From: Catajapyx aquilonaris
Lineage: Eukaryota
NCBI GenBank assembly: GCA_000934665.2
Contig: KZ538396.1
Span: forward strand, 1-64,000
DNA: 64,000 nucleotides
Direction of reading: 5' to 3'
Shown: piece by piece, positions 59,856-64,000 of the stretch
Layout: every line of letters starts with the position of its first letter
How positions within the stretch are numbered: position 1 is the stretch's first letter
The notes under the pieces: model-generated
Seen by the model: the letters and a program-made list of their open reading frames with translations, nothing else
Told to the model about the DNA's origin: nothing
Database searches by the model: none
Position numbers and translations under genes: made by a program

Positions 59856-60252
59856 TACATGCAACAATTAAAACCAACATTGTTGTTGCATAGTTTTTTG
59901 TTTTTTTTGTATTACCCTGTGATAAGGGCCATGGGCCCTGTTAGGGGGAAAGGGGAGATTCCGCAGGGAGGGCACTCTTAACCCAGATATGCCTGGCAGA
60001 CAGGCGTGGTTCTGTCACACAGGGCATGGCCTCCATTCGTCTTAGCGGTGGTCGAATGACGCGGAAAAGACACAAAAACCGAAAGAATCCGTCAGTTGAC
60101 GTACTTTCAATTAGCACACCCCTGATCTTAATTGACACTCCCTCCTCAGCGAAGGAATATATTTCGTGTGCAGGTGTGTTGTGGACGAAAACCTTTCTTT
60201 GAGTCCAGCAAGGAACATTTCCCCCAAATGACTTGTTCTCAGTAACATCATT

Positions 60253-60591
60253 CAGGGCCGGCCCTAGGTGGGTGCGGGGCCTAGGGCAAGAACTAAATGC
60301 GGGGCCTATTCTCAGTGAGTGAATTTCTGTACAACAATCCAACAATTTTGTTGGCTGACTTTCTATAATAACGTACAACTGAGGGGCGTATACAGAAAAT
60401 TTTAGGGTGCGGGCCCATAAGCAGTAGAGGGAGGGGAGGAAGCCCGCCGCAGGTGAAAATTTTTTGAAGTTCAAGGTCACACGAGCTTAGTTGAATGTAG
60501 TAGATTTGAATGGGTGTGTATTGATGAAATACTCGTTCAAAATGTCATTAACTCTTGACTTACCGTATTTTATGAGCTCTCTCTCTCTCTT

Positions 60592-60647
<56 letters not shown>

Positions 60648-60716
60648 CGCGGGGCCCCCCAGAAGCGCGGGGCTCCGGGCGGTCGCCCGGACTGCCCACC
60701 CCTAAGGCCGGCTCTG
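60253..60716. mobile_element. hAT MITE with a perfect 8-bp TSD, containing (CT)n
   Basis: acatcatt|CAGGGCCGGCC...GGCCGGCTCTG|acatcatt. Confidence 0.88.
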
Positions 60717-61079
60717 ACATCATTATTTTCCCTGCGTATCCCTTGCTACTGATGTGTAAGCAGGCAGAAGAGACCCGTCGCTGGGTCGTCCGCGTCATTC
60801 ACTCAATTTGTAAACAGTGGCAACAATCAAAGCACTCTCCATGTGCCGATGTTTGAACTGGCCCGCCGGACGGGGTTTCCAGGTAACGGGCTACAATATA
60901 AGCAGCTTAGGCCGAATTTGTCAATAACTAAAACGACAAAAAAGTTTGATCACCCTGTATATAGGACATCTAATTTTGCAATAAGTGATTGAAACAAAAA
61001 TGTGAAATTTTGAAAAATGGCTTCTACACCTCCACTACAGAGGGTTCTTCCAAAGTATTACTAAATACTTGCACAAATG

Positions 61080-62660
61080 GCTTCTCTGGTCTCAGGAGGG
61101 TATAACGGAAACGTGTTCATTGCGGAATTTTAGAGTCGCGTGCTATTCAGATATGTATACAGGTTTCGCTGTATATAAATATACAGTGAAACCCGTCCAC
61201 AAAGGACCCTGTGTATAATGGAAACTTGCCTATTGCGAAATTTTTCTGGTAACTGGTGTATGAAATTTACACAATTTCCGCTATATTCGACACGGAAATT
61301 GTGTACGTTCCATACGCCAGTTACCAGAAAAAATCCGCAGTATGCAAGTTTTCGTTATCCACAGGGTCCGTTGTGGACAGGTTTTACTTCCCATCTAGCT
61401 ATATTCAGTGAAACCTGTGCATATCGGAAGTGCACGGGACTCGAATATTCCGCAATGAACAAGTTTCCGTTATACAGGGTGGTTGGTAAATGGCGCACAA
61501 GCTTCTGGTAGCGAGATTCCTTGTGAAAAACCAGTATATGGAAGTGAAGGTCATATTGCTCTACGAGGCCTGGTTAGGGCTCACGAGGCCTCCAAAGTTT
61601 GGGCCAAATAATGACGTCACATCCGCCCCCGAAATTCAAACACTACCGTATCGCTACTGTCTGTGATTTCGTTGCCAGGGATTGCCATGTTGACATCCCC
61701 CACATTTCCACACAACAATGGTACCGTATAAACTGGCCGGGACGTTGCCAGGCATTGCCATACCTTCGTCGCCGCGTGCCTGGCAACGTCCATATGAGTT
61801 TATACGGTTCCATTGTTTGGTGAACATGTGGGGAATGTCAACATGGAAATCCCTGGCAACGAAATCGCAGACAGTAGCGATACGGTAGTGTTTGAATTTC
61901 GCGGGCGGATGTGACGTCATGATTTGGCCCAAACTTTGGAGGCCTCGTGAGCCCTAACCAGGCCTCGTAGAGCAATATGACCTTCACTTCCATATACTGG
62001 TTTTTCACAACGAATCTCGCTACCTGAAGCTTGTGCGCCATTTACCGACCACCCTGTATACAAGGTCCCTTATGGACAGGTTTTACTTCCCATCTAGCTA
62101 TATCAGTGAAATCTGCGCATGGCGTAAATGCATGGGATGATAAAATTTTCCGTAATGAGCAAGTTTCCGCTATATTCGACGCAGAGATCGTGTACTCTCC
62201 ATACGCCCGTTACCAGAAAAATTCCGCTATAGGCAAGTTTCCGTTATGTTCAGGGTCCGTTATATGGACAAGATTCACTTCAGATCAATATGTAGTGAAA
62301 CCTGTCCATAACGTAGCCTGCCCTGAATGTTACAAAAACTTGTCCATTGCAGAATTTTTCCGGGAACGGGCGTATGCATAGGACATAAATACTGTGTCGA
62401 ATATAGCGGAAACGGCTGATATACCGTACTAGGCCTTATATATCCAACATCGTTAAATGGTTCAAAAACAGCACCACTTTTTTTTCTCCCCCCACTCTCT
62501 ACCACCTCTGCCCACAATGCTTTGCGGCATTGCAGCATTCACTTCCACTCTTACCCGTTTGGTGCTGATGACTAGGAAAATCGTCATTTTCAGTGGAAAC
62601 TTGTCAATTACGATTTTTAGGGGACCGTGCTATTCTGCTATACACAGGTTTCACTGTATC
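61080..62660. repeat. Cluster of short CAGTGAAACC..GGTTTCACTG modules (MITE-derived array)
   Basis: Repeated cagtgaaacc(c/t)gt, aagtttccg(t/c)tat and tggacaggttttacttcccatctagctata units. Confidence 0.65.
61475..62056. mobile_element. 582-bp foldback with CAGGGTG termini
   Basis: TA|CAGGGTGGTTGGTAAATGGCGCACAAGC...GCTTGTGCGCCATTTACCGACCACCCTG|TA; ~280-bp arms. Confidence 0.9.
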
Positions 62661-63224
62661 CAAAAGCGAATGTTTGTATGCATGTATGTTTGATTGTACA
62701 TGGCAGTGGGTTACCATAGCTACGGTGGTTGCCGGGTAACCCTCGTTTTAAAAATAGAGATTCATAAAAATTCAGTTCGACAAAACGCACAAAATCCGCA
62801 CACATACAGTAGCCTAGAGTACCGGTGCTTGACTTGCCGGTCCATTTGTGGTGCATTTGCCGAGTGTCCCTCATAGGGGACACTTGGTTTCAATGCCACC
62901 CTCAGACAAGGAATGTAAAAAATATGCCTATATCTCCACATCGACATCATCATTCATAAGTTTTCTAAGTATTACAAACAAAAAATTACTCATAATGCTA
63001 ATCAACATTCGATAATTAATTACTAATCGTCTTCGGAACGTGGAGGTGCAGCCATTGTTTCCTGCGTTAAAATTCGAACACCTCTATCTTAAAAATCTGC
63101 AGCAATATTGAGCAGGTTTGAACTTGCATCTTTAGCTGGGACTCTCCTGAAGCCCCCGTGACTACTGCCAGCTCTTTAGCAGCAGAAGAACCTGCGCAAA
63201 AAAATTAAAATGTAACAACTGTGC

Positions 63225-63469
63225 AGGTGTCCCCTATAGGGCACACTCAGCATATCTGGGTTAATCGGTTTGTAGTCATTTCTGACCCTCTTAAATACCA
63301 GACCTTTTCTCCTGGCCCTGGGAAGAGAAGGGAGTGAAATTCTTCCTGGACATGTCGGGTGAAAATCAGAAAAAGACCCGACCAAGCAGAGGTGACGGGC
63401 ACGGGATTTGAAGCCCGGACCTCCTGCTTGGCTGGCCAGTAGCATAGCCACTAAACCACTATGCCCCCC
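63225..63469 (-). mobile_element. tRNA-derived SINE
   Basis: Same head and body as 9482-9793. Confidence 0.75.
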
Positions 63470-63480
63470 ATCATAGGTTT

Positions 63481-64000
63481 TTATTTATCAACATCAGTAG
63501 GCCTACCATATGTGGCAAAGGGCAGGTCCACATAAAAATGTCGATAACCCTGGGGTATCAATGGCATGAGGCTCTGCAAATCATTGTATTTCACTTGCGA
63601 AATTGGCAGTCGCCCTGGATATATCTCACGAGACTGACCAGAAGGTGCTACATTCCTCTTCACAACAATCGACAATCCCCATGGCCCATCAAGTGTTCCT
63701 GTGAAAGATAAGCTTGGGTTCATTTTCAAGGATCTTCCACTCTCTTCTTTTCTGAATAGGAAATGATCATTTGGGGACAGTTTTTGTAGGTATGAATTAC
63801 GCAAAACAGATTCGGCTTTCGATGTGCATGTGCAAAAATCGTGGCCCAATCGAAAGGAACAAACATTTCAGAACTCTGGTTTATCAAGCCAAAATTTTTG
63901 TCACACTACTCTATGTAACTGTGACCTCTAGTGGGAAATGTCACTTGGGTTGTAAGAAACCTATGCACAAAGAACTGTAGCATGATACATGCGGCCTCTG
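63481..64000 (-). mobile_element. Decayed Sola1-like transposase C-terminal part (runs off the window)
   Basis: Manual translation FPTRGHSYIE*CDKNFGLI and PISQVKYNDLQSLMPLIP..HFY; family assignment from motif recall. Confidence 0.55.

Overview
Eukaryotic (animal, probably arthropod/invertebrate) genomic DNA, AT-rich and packed with transposable elements. There are three host genes, all on the + strand. (1) A 76-aa single-exon ORF with two CHHC (U11-48K) zinc fingers, GTSF1/Asterix-like (4429-4659). (2) RAD51, 5 coding exons, 340 aa (14604-29244), whose 12.3-kb intron 4 holds a nested stack of TEs. (3) Dipeptidyl peptidase III, 9 predicted exons, about 931 aa (36206-58900), with intact HELLGH/EECRAE motifs and an unusual ~160-aa Met/Ser-rich repetitive insert ending in an ETGE motif. 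The non-coding space is dominated by foldback (near-fully palindromic) DNA-transposon derivatives with several different terminus/target signatures: TA|CAGGGTG, GTA|CTAT mini-hairpins, TTAA|GAG, 4-bp TSD|GGG and AAA|GGAC..GTCC|TTT with no TSD. It also holds a near-intact Tigger, mariner/hAT/Sola relics, RTE and CR1/L2-group LINE fragments and tRNA-derived SINEs. All calls come from manual reading; family assignments rest on motif recall and were not database-checked.
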